Below are positions 1-11,716 of a stretch of 64,000 nt of DNA, one piece after another; the first letter of the stretch is position 1, and the number at the start of each line of letters is the position of its first letter. Source of the stretch: Pelobacter sp. UBA6812. GTDB taxonomy: Bacteria; Desulfobacterota; Desulfuromonadia; Desulfuromonadales; Syntrophotaleaceae. The notes beneath the pieces were generated by a model. That model saw only the letters and a list, made by a program, of their open reading frames with translations, did not search any database and was not told where the DNA came from. The translations under genes were made by a program, and so were the position numbers. The stretch spans positions 354 through 64,353 of the forward strand of contig DKEW01000015.1 in the NCBI GenBank assembly GCA_002452265.1, in the 5' to 3' direction.

Positions 1-983
1 GCATAAAACGCTTTAAATTCTTCACCAGTAAGAGCTTTTTTCAAACGCCCCGGAGTAAGTTCCCCGCAAAGAGGCAGCAAGTCCTTACCATGCACTGCAA
101 TACCCATGGCGCGAACCTGCTCCTCAATAAAGGGGTCAAGCTCTTCAATGACATACAACGTATCGTATCGATTTGCGAAATCGCGGATAAGCTGTTTAGG
201 CAGAGGATAGACCATCCCCAGTTTCAGTATGTCTGCGTCGGGCAAAATCTCTTTGGCATATAAATAGGAGACGCCGCTGGTTATAACACCAACCTTGCCC
301 TCCCCAACCTCAATCCTGTTGAACGGTTGCTGGCAGGCCCAGGATTCCATGCGTTGCAGACGATCCTCGACCAATACATGCCGTTTGCGAGCATTGCCTG
401 GCAACATAACGAATTTGGCAGGATTTTTTTCCGCTGACGGGGCTGGAAGATCCGTTACGGGTTCGCCCAGTTCCACAACTGACTTGGAGTGGGAGATGCG
501 CGTCGTGGTACGAAGGAAAACGGGTGTATCAAACTGCTCACTGGCAGCCAGCGCCAGCCGGGTAAAATCAAGCGCTTCCTGACTGTCTGCAGGTTCAAAC
601 ATAGGTATTTTGGCAAATTTGGCGTAATTGCGGTTGTCCTGCTCGTTCTGGGAAGAATGTAACTCGGGATCATCGGCGGTCACCAGAACCAAACCACCTT
701 TGACTCCTGTGTACGAAAGTGTGAACAGAGGGTCGGCAGCGACATTTACCCCAACATGCTTCATAGCCACAAGCGCTCGCCCGCCACCGAAAGATGCTCC
801 GATGCCCACTTCTAGAGCTACCTTTTCATTTGGAGCCCAGGAGGCATCGATGGTGGGATACTGGGTAATGTTTTCCAGGATTTCCGTGCTGGGCGTACCG
901 GGATAAGCAGAAGCCACCTTAACACCGGCCTCGAAAGCTCCGCGAGCAATGGCCTCGTTTCCAGATAACATGGTGCGTTTCAT
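1..983 (-). CDS. iorA: Indolepyruvate ferredoxin oxidoreductase alpha subunit (5' part; runs off the window start)
   Basis: Manual translation from ATG at 983: MKRTMLSGNEAIARGAFEAGVKVASAYPGTPSTEILEN..., later NEKVALE, MKHVGVNVAADP and DPELHSSQNEQD, all IorA signatures. Not in the ORF track because it is truncated. Confidence 0.92.
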   Translation of the reverse strand, partial: MKRTMLSGNEAIARGAFEAGVKVASAYPGTPSTEILENITQYPTIDASWAPNEKVALEVGIGASFGGGRALVAMKHVGVNVAADPLFTLSYTGVKGGLVLVTADDPELHSSQNEQDNRNYAKFAKIPMFEPADSQEALDFTRLALAASEQFDTPVFLRTTTRISHSKSVVELGEPVTDLPAPSAEKNPAKFVMLPGNARKRHVLVEDRLQRMESWACQQPFNRIEVGEGKVGVITSGVSYLYAKEILPDADILKLGMVYPLPKQLIRDFANRYDTLYVIEELDPFIEEQVRAMGIAVHGKDLLPLCGELTPGRLKKALTGEEFKAFY

Positions 984-1052
984 GGTGCGTCCTTTTCAGT
1001 CTGCTGTGTCATGGTATGTTTTCACAAATAGTGTTTGAAAATACTGAAATTG

Positions 1053-1081
1053 AATATAGTGAACCAGAGTTGGATTGTCAA
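1053..1081 (-). promoter_or_regulatory. sigma70-type promoter for iorA
   Basis: TTGACA-17 bp-TATATT on the - strand, 70 bp upstream of the iorA ATG. Confidence 0.75.
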
Positions 1082-1248
1082 TTATTCATGGCATCGATAG
1101 AGATTGAGAATTCATCGCGATGAAATTGGAAATCCAAGGAAAATTCTCGCCATCTGCATGCAATAGCGAGTCAATGGATTTAATTTTAGGAGATAACGGG
1201 TCGAATTTCACGTTTTCCTGCGGCCAGTAGCTTGCGTCAAACAGTCCC

Positions 1249-2175
1249 TCAGGATAGAGACTGTTTCCCGGCCATGGTCAAAAGCAACCCTTCCAGCAAA
1301 CCGAAATCGCTAACCTTCAGCAGATCTTTTTGAAAGTGTTCAAAAATACCAAGGACAATGCGAATACCTGGAAGAATCAGATCACCACGGCCTTTTTCAA
1401 GACCTGGCAACTGCTCGCGTTGGTTGTCGGATAAGGGATCAAGATGATGAAGCAGTAAATGAAGTTCTTCGGGCAAAAGGGTCATGTTGTTGATACGCAG
1501 TCCATCATAAACATCCATGCGCAGTTTTATAGCTGCGAGGGTGGTGACCGTTCCGGCAGTACCGACCAACACGGTAGATGGATCCAAGGCTTTATCGAAA
1601 CATGAGGATTGGGTTAAATCCTGTGAAACCCGATCAAGGATGGAAGCAATATGTTTTTGTTGGTTCACGGGATTGGAAAAATTCTCGCAGAGACCAACAA
1701 CGCCTAGCGGATAGCTTCTTTGAAACATGATCTGGCCGGCGGCATTTAAAACGAATTCGGTGCTACCTCCACCGATATCAAACATCAGGCAACTTTCAGG
1801 GCGGGGGTCGAGCGCAGCAAAGACTCCCTTACAACTCAGACAGGCCTCTACTTCGCCATCAATAATCTCTAGTTGCAATCCGGTATTTTCTTTAACCCTA
1901 CGAACAAAGTCAGGACCATTGGCAGCACGACGTAAAGCTTCTGTACCAACCACCCTTACCCGCTCAGCCCCGTAAGATTTTATGGCAACGGCGATTTCAA
2001 CCAAGGCAGCCAAGGTATTTTCCATGCTTTGACTTGCCAATCCAAGCTGGGGATCAAAACCGCCAGCAAGACGGGTGACATAACGATCATAGCGAGCAGG
2101 TATAATCGCGCCGTTGTGAACGTTACCAAGAAGCATCCGAACCGTATTGGAGCCAACATCTACCGCTGCAAGCAC
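1249..2175 (-). CDS. ppx: Ppx/GppA family exopolyphosphatase (short form)
   Basis: AAVDVGSNTVR, TEALRRAANG, DIGGGSTE, GTAGTVTT and SDFGLLEG motifs (ASKHA fold). Confidence 0.9.
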   Translation of the reverse strand: MLAAVDVGSNTVRMLLGNVHNGAIIPARYDRYVTRLAGGFDPQLGLASQSMENTLAALVEIAVAIKSYGAERVRVVGTEALRRAANGPDFVRRVKENTGLQLEIIDGEVEACLSCKGVFAALDPRPESCLMFDIGGGSTEFVLNAAGQIMFQRSYPLGVVGLCENFSNPVNQQKHIASILDRVSQDLTQSSCFDKALDPSTVLVGTAGTVTTLAAIKLRMDVYDGLRINNMTLLPEELHLLLHHLDPLSDNQREQLPGLEKGRGDLILPGIRIVLGIFEHFQKDLLKVSDFGLLEGLLLTMAGKQSLS

Positions 2176-3864
2176 TTACTTGTCACCTACAACAGCTTTA
2201 CTGACATTAAAAGCGTGACTGCCAATTTTTGAAAAACCATGTAGCATGTCAATAAAAATCAATCCTTGCTGCACCGAACATTCACCAGTATTCAACCTGG
2301 CGATATGATTGTTACGCAGAGTATCCTCCAGCTCATCGATGACATGAATCATATAGCTGGCTTTGGATTTGATTGTTGCATCACCCCGGTCGAGAGCATC
2401 GATAACAAAAGCCAGGAAGTCCCTGGTTTTGCCGGCCAGTTCTTCAACTTCCTGTGTAGCAACGTCCGATAAAGGTTGATTCAGGTCACGAAGTCGTCCG
2501 GTAAGTTTCCAAAGCCCCTCACAGTGATCCCCGACCCGCTCAAGATCATTAACCATATGCATCATGGAAGCGACATCACGTGACATATCCTGAGTGATGG
2601 ATTTTTGGGAAAGATTTACCAGGAAATCCGTAATCTCCTTTTGCAGTAAGTCAACAATTTCTTCTTTTTTATCCAAGGAGGCTAGTCGCTTTGAATTGCC
2701 GTCTCGAAAAAATCCTATAGTTTCATCAAGCATCTCACACGTAATATGCGCCATCCGACGGGTTTCCGAACGGGCTTGACCAATGGCAATCGGCGGGGTA
2801 TTAAGCACGCGGTTATCGATATATTTAAGGTGAAACTCCATCAGCGCATCTTTACCCGGTAAAATCAAACAAGCCAATTTAGCCAATAACCCGATAAGAG
2901 GCAGAAAGATAATCGTGTTGATAATGTTAAAAAATGTATGCGCATTTGCTATGTGCCATTTAATATTCGGCAGGTCTCCAATGGCAGCTCCAAATTGAGC
3001 AGATTCGGCAGCGGTATGAATGACAAAGTTTGGATCACCCGGGGTCCAGGCATCCACCAGATGTAAAAAAAGTGGAAAACACAAAATAATCAGCACGACC
3101 CCTATGAAATTAAACAATAGATGGGCCAATGCGGTACGTCGGGCCGCAAGATTAGTACCTATGGCTGCAAGGTTGGCAGTAACGGTGGTACCAATATTTT
3201 CACCAAGAATCAAGGCTACACTAACATCAAAACTCAAAAGACCACTCATCGCGAGAGACATGGTAAGGGCGATGGTGGCACTGCTGCTTTGAACCAGAAC
3301 CGTAAGCAACGCACCGGTTGCGATAGCCAGCAAATAATTGTCACCCACCACAAGGAAAAAATCACGAAAGGCATCACTCCCTTTAAGAGGTACAAAGGCA
3401 CCTTCCATAGTGGTTAAACCATAAAACAGAATACCGAAACCAAGTAAAATCTCACCGCTATACATCCACTTCTTACTACGAGAGAAAAGTTTCAGTCCGG
3501 TACCGATGCCGATGGCGGGTAAAGCAAATTGGCTGAGCTTAAGAGCCAGAAGCTGTGCTGTAACAGTGGTACCGATATTAGCGCCGAGAACGACACCAAT
3601 AGCCTGCATCAATGTCATTAATCCGGCATTTACAAAGCCGATCACCATCACAGTCGTTGCACTGGATGACTGAATAATAGCTGTAACGGCCAGACCTACG
3701 AAAGTTCCAATGAGACGATTATTCGTTAAAGCCGCAAGAATTTTGCGCATGCGGTCCCCGGCAACCTTTTGCAATCCTTCCGACATGATCTTCATGCCGA
3801 ACAGAAACAGGCCTAGTCCGCCGATCAGGCCAAAAATGGTAGCCTGGTTGAAAAAATTCAACAT
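2176..3864 (-). CDS. Na/Pi cotransporter with C-terminal PhoU-like domains
   Basis: Two QSSSAT / G(A/E)NIGTT repeats, many TM segments, DLERVGDH PhoU-like motif. Start moved to the ATG at 3864, which follows AAGGAGG. Confidence 0.92.
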   Translation of the reverse strand: MLNFFNQATIFGLIGGLGLFLFGMKIMSEGLQKVAGDRMRKILAALTNNRLIGTFVGLAVTAIIQSSSATTVMVIGFVNAGLMTLMQAIGVVLGANIGTTVTAQLLALKLSQFALPAIGIGTGLKLFSRSKKWMYSGEILLGFGILFYGLTTMEGAFVPLKGSDAFRDFFLVVGDNYLLAIATGALLTVLVQSSSATIALTMSLAMSGLLSFDVSVALILGENIGTTVTANLAAIGTNLAARRTALAHLLFNFIGVVLIILCFPLFLHLVDAWTPGDPNFVIHTAAESAQFGAAIGDLPNIKWHIANAHTFFNIINTIIFLPLIGLLAKLACLILPGKDALMEFHLKYIDNRVLNTPPIAIGQARSETRRMAHITCEMLDETIGFFRDGNSKRLASLDKKEEIVDLLQKEITDFLVNLSQKSITQDMSRDVASMMHMVNDLERVGDHCEGLWKLTGRLRDLNQPLSDVATQEVEELAGKTRDFLAFVIDALDRGDATIKSKASYMIHVIDELEDTLRNNHIARLNTGECSVQQGLIFIDMLHGFSKIGSHAFNVSKAVVGDK

Positions 3865-3927
3865 CGGAAATGATCCTCCTTTAGGAGCCGCAAACAACAC
3901 AAGATAAAACGCAGATAAACCGCCGGC

Positions 3928-3956
3928 ACTATATCCGATGCACAGCGGTTTTTCAA
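3928..3956 (-). promoter_or_regulatory. sigma70-type promoter for the Na/Pi cotransporter-ppx pair
   Basis: TTGAAA-17 bp-TATAGT. Confidence 0.6.
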
Positions 3957-4032
3957 GGTTGGGTAGCCAATATTAGCGAATGAATCAAATTTGAGCTGAG
4001 AAGCTCCTGAGAAGGGGATTTTTTTGTCAGGG

Positions 4033-4647
4033 TTACAGCTGATGGATCCAACTGGTATCTCCTGCACCCTGGCGCAGGACAATAATTTTGTCATCAATGA
4101 GGCTTATTACAGTAGACGCCTCCCCCTTAATAACGCCGCCATCAACGACCATATCGATCTGCCTGCCGAGCTGCTCATCGATAAGGGAAGGATCGTAACA
4201 AGGCTCTTCGCCGGAGATATTGGCACTGGTCGTAACGAGGGGGTGACCAAGTTCACGGACTATAGCTAACGCAATAGGGTTGGAAGGAATGCGGATACCA
4301 ACAGTTTTCTGTTTGGTTACGAGTAGATCGGGCACCACCCGAGTGGCTTCAAGAACGAAAGTATATGGACCGGGCAGATAGCGTTTCATGATCTTAAAAG
4401 CGAAGTTGCTTACCTGCGCATAATTGGAAACATCGGAAAGATCAGCACAAATAAAGGAAAAAGGCTTTCGTTCAGTTCGCTCCTTAAGCTGATAAATCCG
4501 CTTGATCCCCTTGCGGTTGAAAATATCGCAACCGAGTCCATAAATAGTGTCGGTGGGATAAGCAATGACACCACCCTGCTTAATACAATCGACAACTCGG
4601 GTTATCAGGCGTTTTTGAGGTGTTTCGGCATTAATGGTAAGCAACAT
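4033..4647 (-). CDS. Sua5/YciO/YrdC family protein
   Basis: YPTDTIYGLG, PGPYTF, GIRIP and TTSAN motifs. Confidence 0.9.
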   Translation of the reverse strand: MLLTINAETPQKRLITRVVDCIKQGGVIAYPTDTIYGLGCDIFNRKGIKRIYQLKERTERKPFSFICADLSDVSNYAQVSNFAFKIMKRYLPGPYTFVLEATRVVPDLLVTKQKTVGIRIPSNPIALAIVRELGHPLVTTSANISGEEPCYDPSLIDEQLGRQIDMVVDGGVIKGEASTVISLIDDKIIVLRQGAGDTSWIHQL

Positions 4648-4720
4648 GGTAAGTTTTCCTTTCCCCTTTTAACGGACCAAGGGCAATGGATCCCATCCGA
4701 AAAAAACGGATGACACCTAA

Positions 4721-5164
4721 CTAAAAACCAGTATGACCAAACCCGCCATCATTGCGATCCGTTTCATCAAGCTCATCAACCTGTTCAAGAGTAGCCATTT
4801 GAACAGGTGCAATAACCAACTGAGCGATACGATCGCCATCGCTGACAACAAATTCTTCCGTACCGTGGTTAATAAGAATAATACCAAGTTCTCCACGATA
4901 ATCAGCATCAATGGTACCGGGCGCGTTAACCAATGTAACACCACAATGCAGGGCAAGTCCTGAACGTGGCCTTACCTGCGCTTCAAATCCAACGGGTATA
5001 GCCAGGGCAATACCTGTAGGAATAACGGCTCGACAACCCGGCTTCACAACGATCACTTCTTCGGGACAGGCAAACACATCCATCCCGGCGGCATGACGAC
5101 TCATATATCTGGGCAATATGGCCTGTGAACGCAACTTTTTAATTTTAATTTTTAGAGAATTCAT
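4721..5164 (-). CDS. dut: dUTP diphosphatase
   Basis: [27 protein letters not shown] and GGFGHTG motifs. Confidence 0.97.
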   Translation of the reverse strand: MNSLKIKIKKLRSQAILPRYMSRHAAGMDVFACPEEVIVVKPGCRAVIPTGIALAIPVGFEAQVRPRSGLALHCGVTLVNAPGTIDADYRGELGIILINHGTEEFVVSDGDRIAQLVIAPVQMATLEQVDELDETDRNDGGFGHTGF

Positions 5165-5208
5165 AAGGATGCAAAAAGAACCAAAAAGTGTTAAAAACGG
5201 GTGTTGGT

Positions 5209-6468
5209 TTAGCCTAGCGTTAAGTCGACCAGAGGAAAGCCGCTCCCGGGAACTGGACCAATCAGTTGCAGGTTAAGATATTCATCGCGAAAGCATTCAC
5301 GCGTCAATCGCAAAATATCTTCACCCGTTACTTTCTGGACACGTTCAATAACTTCATGGGGAGACTGCACCCGCCCAAGATATATTTCATTTTTGGCAAG
5401 GCGTATCATTCTATTTTCGGTACTTTCAAGGGACAGCATGAATTGTCCTTTGATAAGCTCTTTGGTAGCCTGAAGTTCGTCAGGATCGGGCTCAAAATGT
5501 TGAAAACGCGACAACTCTTTAAGCACCAGATTAATAGCATGCTGAACTTCATCGGGGGAAGTACCGGCATATACAACCAGAGCACCTGTATCAGAATGAG
5601 AGCTCAAATAGCTGTAAACAGAATATGCCATGCCTCTCTCTTCACGCAATATCTGAAACAACCGAGAACTCATGCTACCACCTAGCATGGTATTAAGAAG
5701 ATTCCCGGCAAATCGATTTTGATGACTTTGATCGGGAGCCCTAGTCCCTAAACAAAAGTGGACCTGCTCAATATCTTTATAAGTAGTATTAATACAGGAG
5801 TGGCTAATTGGCGGTTCAGAAGCAGATGACTTAACACCGGCTTTATGATCACGGAACAACTGTTCAACCTGCGAAACAAGTTGCTCGTGATGCACATCCC
5901 CGGCTACACAGATAATCAGATTATTGCCACAGTAATTTTTATCGAAATACTGTACCAACTGTTGACGATCAAGGGATTGAACCGATTGAATGGAACCAAC
6001 GATGGGTTTACCCAGGGAGTGTCCACGCCAGTAAGAGCTCGTAAACTGTTCATGGATGCTTTCTTCAGGGGAGTCTTCAAGCATATGAATCTCCTGAAGA
6101 ATAACCCGACGCTCTTTTTCCAGTTCATCGAGGTCGATAACTGAATTCAAAAGAATGTCTGATAGCAGATCCACCGCCAGGGACAGATTATGTCCAGACA
6201 CCTTGGCGTAATAGCAGCTGAATTCTGAACTGGTAAAGGCATTAAGTGCCCCGCCCACCGAGTCAATTTCCTTGGCGATGGACGGGGCACTACGACGTAT
6301 CGTCCCTTTGAACAACATGTGCTCCAAAAAATGGGAAACACCACCTTGTTCTAGCGATTCATGGCGTGATCCGCATTCAACCCAAAAACCCACCGTAGCC
6401 GAGAAAGCACCGGGGATACGCTCGGAAAGAATGCGGATACCATTATCCAGGACAGACTTTTCTACCAT
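5209..6468 (-). CDS. M16 family zinc peptidase
   Basis: Inverted zinc motif [23 protein letters not shown]; usual position downstream of pnp. Confidence 0.93.
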   Translation of the reverse strand: MVEKSVLDNGIRILSERIPGAFSATVGFWVECGSRHESLEQGGVSHFLEHMLFKGTIRRSAPSIAKEIDSVGGALNAFTSSEFSCYYAKVSGHNLSLAVDLLSDILLNSVIDLDELEKERRVILQEIHMLEDSPEESIHEQFTSSYWRGHSLGKPIVGSIQSVQSLDRQQLVQYFDKNYCGNNLIICVAGDVHHEQLVSQVEQLFRDHKAGVKSSASEPPISHSCINTTYKDIEQVHFCLGTRAPDQSHQNRFAGNLLNTMLGGSMSSRLFQILREERGMAYSVYSYLSSHSDTGALVVYAGTSPDEVQHAINLVLKELSRFQHFEPDPDELQATKELIKGQFMLSLESTENRMIRLAKNEIYLGRVQSPHEVIERVQKVTGEDILRLTRECFRDEYLNLQLIGPVPGSGFPLVDLTLG

Positions 6469-6480
6469 GATAAGGAGGGA

Positions 6481-8580
6481 TTATTCTTCCTCAGGCAAGG
6501 TTTCACCCAAGGCTTCCTTACGCGACAATTTGATTTTGCCCTGACGATCTATATCGAGACACTTAACCAGAACCTTGTCCCCTTCGTGTAGAATGTCAGT
6601 AACGTTCTTGACCCGTTCTTTAGCCAACTCGGAAATATGCACCAGGCCCTCGGTACCTGGGAAAATTTCAACAAAAGCACCGAAATCCATGATTTTCTTA
6701 ACGGTGGCCATGTAGAGTCGACCTACCTCAGCATCTTGAGTAAGGTTCCGGATCATCTTGATAGCAGCTTTACAAGCTTCACCGTCGGAAGATGCGATGT
6801 TGATGCGACCATCATCCTCGATATCGATGGCACATCCGGTCGCCTCGATGATGCCACGAACATTTTTACCACCAGGTCCGATGACAGTGCGCACTTGATC
6901 CGGTTTGACATTAATGGTGGTAATACGCGGTGCATAAGGAGACAGGTCGCTGCGGGAAACAGAAATCGCCTCAGCCATTTTGCCAAGGATATGGATTCGC
7001 CCTTCGCGTGCCTGATCAAGAGCTTGCCCCATGATTTCCTTGCTGACACCGCTGATCTTGATATCCATCTGCAAGGCCGTAATGCCATCACGGGTACCCG
7101 TAACTTTAAAATCCATATCACCGAGATGATCTTCGTCACCTAGAATGTCGGAAAGCACGACAACATCATCGCCTTCCTTGATCAGGCCCATAGCGATGCC
7201 GGCAACGGCTTCTTTAATAGGTACGCCGGCATCCATCAGTGCCAGAGACGCGCCGCAGACACTCGCCATGGAGGAAGAACCGTTCGACTCAAGAATGTCG
7301 GATACAACACGCAAGGTATAAGGGAAATCATCGTGATTAGGCAGCACCTGCGCAATAGAACGTTCTGCAAGCATACCGTGACCGATCTCACGACGACCGG
7401 GGAAAAGTCGCATGCTGGTCTCACCTACGCAGAACGGAGGAAAGTTATAGTGAAGCATGAACTTTTTAAATTCCATGGACTGCACATTGTCCATGCGTTG
7501 CTCGTCTTTAGAAGTGCCAAGAGCAACAGCCACCAGAGCCTGAGTTTCACCGCGGGTAAATAATGCGCTGCCATGGGCTCTCGGAAGGACTCCGATTTCA
7601 CAGGTGATGGGACGGATAGTGTCCTTGTCACGTCCGTCGATTCGAACCTTATCCCGAGCAACCATCTGGCGAACCAGGCGCTTTTGAAGACTACCGAAGG
7701 CTTCACTGACATCATCGGCCTGTCCCTCAAATTCTTCAGCCAAAGAAGCCAGGGTATCGGTTTTGATTTCAGCTACTGCAGCATAACGTTCCTGTTTGGT
7801 GCGAATCTTTACGGCCTCAATCAAGCGCATTTCGGCCAATTCGGCAACCTTGCTAACAATTGCAGGATCGATGACTTTTACAGAAAATTCACGCTTTTCA
7901 AGTCCCGCGACCTTGACCAGCTCAAGCTGGATATCGAGTAACGGTTGAAGAGCTTCATGAGCAAAAAACAGAGCATCAAGCATCTCTTGCTCACTAATAA
8001 AATTTGCCTCTCCCTCAACCATGATAATAGCATCACGGGAACCTGCAACGATGATATCCATATCGCTACTGGAACGTTGTTCAAGGGTCGGGTTGGCGAT
8101 CAATACGCCCTCGACACGACCCACTCGAACTGCGGCGACAGGCCCATCAAAGGGGATATCGGAAACGGCCACAGCTGCTGAAGCACCAAGCATGGCCAAG
8201 GTGTCAGGATCGTTTTGCTCGTCTACCGAAATAACGGTGGGCATAATCTGAGTTTCAAACATGTACCCTTTGGGGAACAGAGGGCGCAGCGGCCGGTCGA
8301 TAAGACGGCAGACCAATGTTTCACGTTCGGTAGCACCGCGTTCACGACGGAAAAAGGACCCGGGGATTTTACCACCCGCGTAGAATTTTTCCTGATAATT
8401 GACTGTGAGAGGGAAAAACCCTTGCCCTTCACGCAATTGTTTGGCACTTACTGCGGTACACAGAACCTTGGTATCACCATAGGTAACCACTACTGCACCG
8501 TCAGCTTGACGCGCCATTTTGCCTGTTTCAAGGGTCAAGGTCTGCCCATTGAACTGACATTCAACTTTTTGATAAGCCAA
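6481..8580 (-). CDS. pnp: Polyribonucleotide nucleotidyltransferase
   Basis: [37 protein letters not shown] and S1 domains; TTG start after AAGGAG. Confidence 0.98.
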   Translation of the reverse strand: MAYQKVECQFNGQTLTLETGKMARQADGAVVVTYGDTKVLCTAVSAKQLREGQGFFPLTVNYQEKFYAGGKIPGSFFRRERGATERETLVCRLIDRPLRPLFPKGYMFETQIMPTVISVDEQNDPDTLAMLGASAAVAVSDIPFDGPVAAVRVGRVEGVLIANPTLEQRSSSDMDIIVAGSRDAIIMVEGEANFISEQEMLDALFFAHEALQPLLDIQLELVKVAGLEKREFSVKVIDPAIVSKVAELAEMRLIEAVKIRTKQERYAAVAEIKTDTLASLAEEFEGQADDVSEAFGSLQKRLVRQMVARDKVRIDGRDKDTIRPITCEIGVLPRAHGSALFTRGETQALVAVALGTSKDEQRMDNVQSMEFKKFMLHYNFPPFCVGETSMRLFPGRREIGHGMLAERSIAQVLPNHDDFPYTLRVVSDILESNGSSSMASVCGASLALMDAGVPIKEAVAGIAMGLIKEGDDVVVLSDILGDEDHLGDMDFKVTGTRDGITALQMDIKISGVSKEIMGQALDQAREGRIHILGKMAEAISVSRSDLSPYAPRITTINVKPDQVRTVIGPGGKNVRGIIEATGCAIDIEDDGRINIASSDGEACKAAIKMIRNLTQDAEVGRLYMATVKKIMDFGAFVEIFPGTEGLVHISELAKERVKNVTDILHEGDKVLVKCLDIDRQGKIKLSRKEALGETLPEEE

Positions 8581-8655
8581 ATTATTCTCCTTTTTTGCGA
8601 GGCAAAATCCGAGTCACCGCATGCCCCACAGAATCTTTCTCTTAAAACGGCCAAA

Positions 8656-8720
8656 GGAGACTGACCTGAGACAACAGCCGCTCACCCTCGCGGACCGGCT
8701 GTTCTCTCCGGGCAACCTCC
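8656..8720 (-). promoter_or_regulatory. Long imperfect stem-loop in the pnp leader (candidate RNase III site)
   Basis: Nested complementarity GGAG...GAGA-G-AACAGCCG ... CGGCTGTT-G-TCTC...CTCC. Confidence 0.45.
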
Positions 8721-8730
8721 ATCAGCATAC

Positions 8731-8780
8731 AAAAAAACTCAGGCAGCAGGCCTCTCGACTCGGCGAGAAGCGTGCTGCCC
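8731..8780 (-). terminator. Intrinsic terminator after rpsO
   Basis: GGCAGCA...TTCTCG/CGAGAG...TGCTGCC hairpin followed, after a few nt, by T7. Confidence 0.6.
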
Positions 8781-8784
8781 TTTA

Positions 8785-9051
8785 CTACCTACGGATACCG
8801 AGGCTCTGTATAATTGTGCGATACCGTTCCACATCGTTGCGTTTGAGATAGTCCAGAAGACGTCTCCGCTGTCCGACAATTTTCAGCAAACCGCGACGGG
8901 AATGATGATCTTTTTTGTGGGTCCGAAAATGCTCGGTCAGATAGGTAATGCGTTCTGACAGCAGAGCAATCTGCACCTCAGGAGATCCTGTATCACCTTC
9001 ATGTCGTTTATACTGCTCGATGAGTTCCTGTTTTTTATCAGTGGCTAACAC
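8785..9051 (-). CDS. rpsO: 30S ribosomal protein S15
   Basis: [23 protein letters not shown]; GTG start at 9051 after AAGGAGGT. Confidence 0.98.
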   Translation of the reverse strand: MLATDKKQELIEQYKRHEGDTGSPEVQIALLSERITYLTEHFRTHKKDHHSRRGLLKIVGQRRRLLDYLKRNDVERYRTIIQSLGIRR

Positions 9052-9116
9052 CTTGCCACCTCCTTTCGTGTTTAAATGCAACCTAAATGGTTATTATAAC
9101 GATATAAAGCGTAATC

Positions 9117-9145
9117 TTATTACCATAGTTAGGAGTCAGTGTAAA
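9117..9145 (-). promoter_or_regulatory. sigma70-type promoter for rpsO
   Basis: TTTACA-17 bp-TAATAA with an extended -10 TG. Confidence 0.5.
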
Positions 9146-9148
9146 GCG

Positions 9149-10072
9149 CTATTCAAAGCCTCCACAATCATTAAAAACCTTCAAAAGTTCGAAATCACCA
9201 CGCGATTCATTGATACGCGAAGGTGCGAAACGGGTAATCGCCAAGGGACCGTTGAGGCTGACCAACAGAACAAGGGTTCCTTCGGAAATGTCTATATGCT
9301 CAGCTAGCATATCCGTTGTAGGAGGGATACCGTAACTCAGTCTCTTAACACCCTCGTCAGATACAACAAGAGAAGGGTATTCCCTGAGAGCCTCGCCAAT
9401 AGAGAGCAAAAAACGATGACGATCCTCAGGTGCAGACCGTTCGATTTCATCGAGAGTGACAGCATCGTCTTCAGTAAAAGGAGCGCTTTGCAAACGCCTC
9501 AACGAGGTCAGATGAGCACCACAACCTAGTTTGGCACCAATATCATGACAGAGTGTCCGAACATAGGTTCCCTTCGAACAGCACACATCAAATGATACAT
9601 GTGGCGACTGAACGGTCAACGACTGAAGACTGAAAATTGTTACCGTCCGCGCTGTCCTCACCACCTCGATTCCTTGCCGCGCAAGTTTATAAAGCGGCAC
9701 ACCATCCTTTTTCAAGGCAGAATACATAGGTGGCAATTGATCAATAGAACCCACCATCGACATACAAACATCCAGGATTTGCTCGGTGCCCAGATGCGAT
9801 GTTTCGTGAGTCTCTATAACCTGCCCCTCAGAATCTTGGGTATCGGTTGTCATGCCCAGCAGCAACGAGGCACGATAAGTTTTGTTCTCCTCCATAAGAT
9901 ACTGGAGAATCCGTGTTGCTTGACCTAGAGCCACAACCAATACGCCAGTGGCCAGCGGGTCCAGTGTACCTGCATGCCCAACCTTACGTAAACCGAAAAG
10001 ACGCCGTACGCGTCCAACAACCGCATGGGAGGTCATCCCCTGAGGTTTATCAACTATCAGGATACCGTTCAT
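9149..10072 (-). CDS. truB: tRNA pseudouridine(55) synthase
   Basis: DKPQGMTSH, KVGHAGTLDPLATG, SKGTYVRTL. Confidence 0.97.
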   Translation of the reverse strand: MNGILIVDKPQGMTSHAVVGRVRRLFGLRKVGHAGTLDPLATGVLVVALGQATRILQYLMEENKTYRASLLLGMTTDTQDSEGQVIETHETSHLGTEQILDVCMSMVGSIDQLPPMYSALKKDGVPLYKLARQGIEVVRTARTVTIFSLQSLTVQSPHVSFDVCCSKGTYVRTLCHDIGAKLGCGAHLTSLRRLQSAPFTEDDAVTLDEIERSAPEDRHRFLLSIGEALREYPSLVVSDEGVKRLSYGIPPTTDMLAEHIDISEGTLVLLVSLNGPLAITRFAPSRINESRGDFELLKVFNDCGGFE

Positions 10073-11031
10073 AAAGAAAGTGGGAGAAGTTCGTTCAGAC
10101 GATCGAAGACAATCTGGCGAACTTGTTCCATACTGCCTGAAACAGTCGCCCCTGCCGCATTATGATGACCACCGCCACCCAGCTCTCGTGCGAGGGAACC
10201 TACATCAACATGGCCCTTGGATCGAAAACTGACTTTAAACAGGTCATCTTCAACCTGTCTGAAGAATAACGCGACTTCAACTCCCCGAATAGAACGCGGA
10301 TAATTGATGAGCCCATCGGTATGTTCGGGACCAGCACCGGTAGCAAGAAACATTTCACTGGTAGCAGAAACAGCTCCAAAACGACCACAGGAAGAGACGG
10401 TAAGCGTGTCCAGAACGCGAGACAATAGCTTAACCCGCTCAACCGGGTGGCTTTCATATAGGTTACCAGCAACATACCAAGGAGATACACCAATCTCTAC
10501 CATAGCAGATGCAATAGCAAAGGCTTCCGGATTGGCATTGGAATAGCGGAAGGAACCAGTATCGGACAGGATGGCGGTATAAAGACAAACCGCAACATCT
10601 GAAGATACCGGGTGCCCTGCGGCCAGGATAACACGATGAATTAAAGCACCGGTAGCACAGGCTTCATCGTCAAGGTAATTAATGCTACCAAATAATTGAG
10701 AATGGGGATGATGATCAATATTGACGAGCTGCAAGCAGTACTCAGACAAAAAACTCCCAGCCCGATCCAATTGTCCGGAGTCAAGAACAAAACCAGCGTC
10801 ATAACGACCCAGTTTGCCGGGATCACTCACGACTTTATCGGCACCTGGTAAAAATCGGAGTTCCTCGGGGACACCATCGACATTGAATGCAACAGCTTGC
10901 TTTCCTAGTTCCTGCAGAAAATTAGCCATAGCCAGGGTCGAAGCGATGGCATCACCATCGGGGTGTGCATGGGAAGCTACCACGAAACAGGTGCCTTCCC
11001 GAATGACATTAAGGATCGCCTCAATCATCAC
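10069..11031 (-). CDS. nrnA: DHH family bifunctional oligoribonuclease/pAp phosphatase (NrnA-like)
   Basis: [27 protein letters not shown]. Confidence 0.9.
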   Translation of the reverse strand: MMIEAILNVIREGTCFVVASHAHPDGDAIASTLAMANFLQELGKQAVAFNVDGVPEELRFLPGADKVVSDPGKLGRYDAGFVLDSGQLDRAGSFLSEYCLQLVNIDHHPHSQLFGSINYLDDEACATGALIHRVILAAGHPVSSDVAVCLYTAILSDTGSFRYSNANPEAFAIASAMVEIGVSPWYVAGNLYESHPVERVKLLSRVLDTLTVSSCGRFGAVSATSEMFLATGAGPEHTDGLINYPRSIRGVEVALFFRQVEDDLFKVSFRSKGHVDVGSLARELGGGGHHNAAGATVSGSMEQVRQIVFDRLNELLPLSL

Positions 11032-11398
11032 TGGTCTGATCTTCGTTCCTGGTTTGTTCTTCGTTTATTTGGCGCAACAGGCTGTCGATACGATTTCCAT
11101 ATTCCAGTGCTTTATCAAACTCAAAAATAAGTTCAGGCACATAGCGCAAGCGCAACCGGCGTGAAAGTTCCCGCCGAATAAAAGGCACTGCACTCTTGAG
11201 GCCTTTCTGAGTATCTGCACGTTGTTTTTCATCTCCATAAACGGTGTAGTGAACGCGGGCCAGATGCATATCAGGAGTGACGCTAACACCCGTAATGGTA
11301 ACAAAACCTACTCGCGGATCCTTAAGGCCCTTGAGGAGCAGCGCCGAAATTTCTTTTTGCATTTGTTCGCCGACGCGATGGGGACGTGGATGATCCAA
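11021..11398 (-). CDS. rbfA: Ribosome-binding factor A
   Basis: [23 protein letters not shown]; located downstream of infB. Confidence 0.96.
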   Translation of the reverse strand: MDHPRPHRVGEQMQKEISALLLKGLKDPRVGFVTITGVSVTPDMHLARVHYTVYGDEKQRADTQKGLKSAVPFIRRELSRRLRLRYVPELIFEFDKALEYGNRIDSLLRQINEEQTRNEDQTSDD

Positions 11399-11407
11399 AT
11401 TATCTAC

Positions 11408-11698
11408 CTATCCGTAATGAATGAACTCTATGTCCTGACCGACGATCTCGGCCAGACCAATGCGCTCTACTTCTTCAATCAACTTCTGCAAAACCTGATG
11501 CGCAGAAGCTTCACTATTTTCAAGAATGGCGAATCCCAAAGCAGCACGTTGCCACAAGTCTTGATGGTCAATCTCTGCACAACTTACCGGAAAACGTACC
11601 CGACAACGGCCCAGAATACTTTTGACTACCGCGCGCTTTTGTTTAAGATTCTGACTCCCATGGACCAACAGATGGAGTCTCAAAACCCCGACGACCAT
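11408..11698 (-). CDS. DUF503 (YlxP) family protein
   Basis: LKQKRAVVKS, DHQDLWQRA; conserved position between infB and rbfA. Confidence 0.88.
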   Translation of the reverse strand: MVVGVLRLHLLVHGSQNLKQKRAVVKSILGRCRVRFPVSCAEIDHQDLWQRAALGFAILENSEASAHQVLQKLIEEVERIGLAEIVGQDIEFIHYG

Positions 11699-11716
11699 GG
11701 AAGTCTCCGATTGACA

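Noticed and set aside
969-990. 10-bp direct repeat CATGGTGCGT at the iorA start
   Set aside because: Too short and overlapping the RBS and first codons; no functional inference possible.
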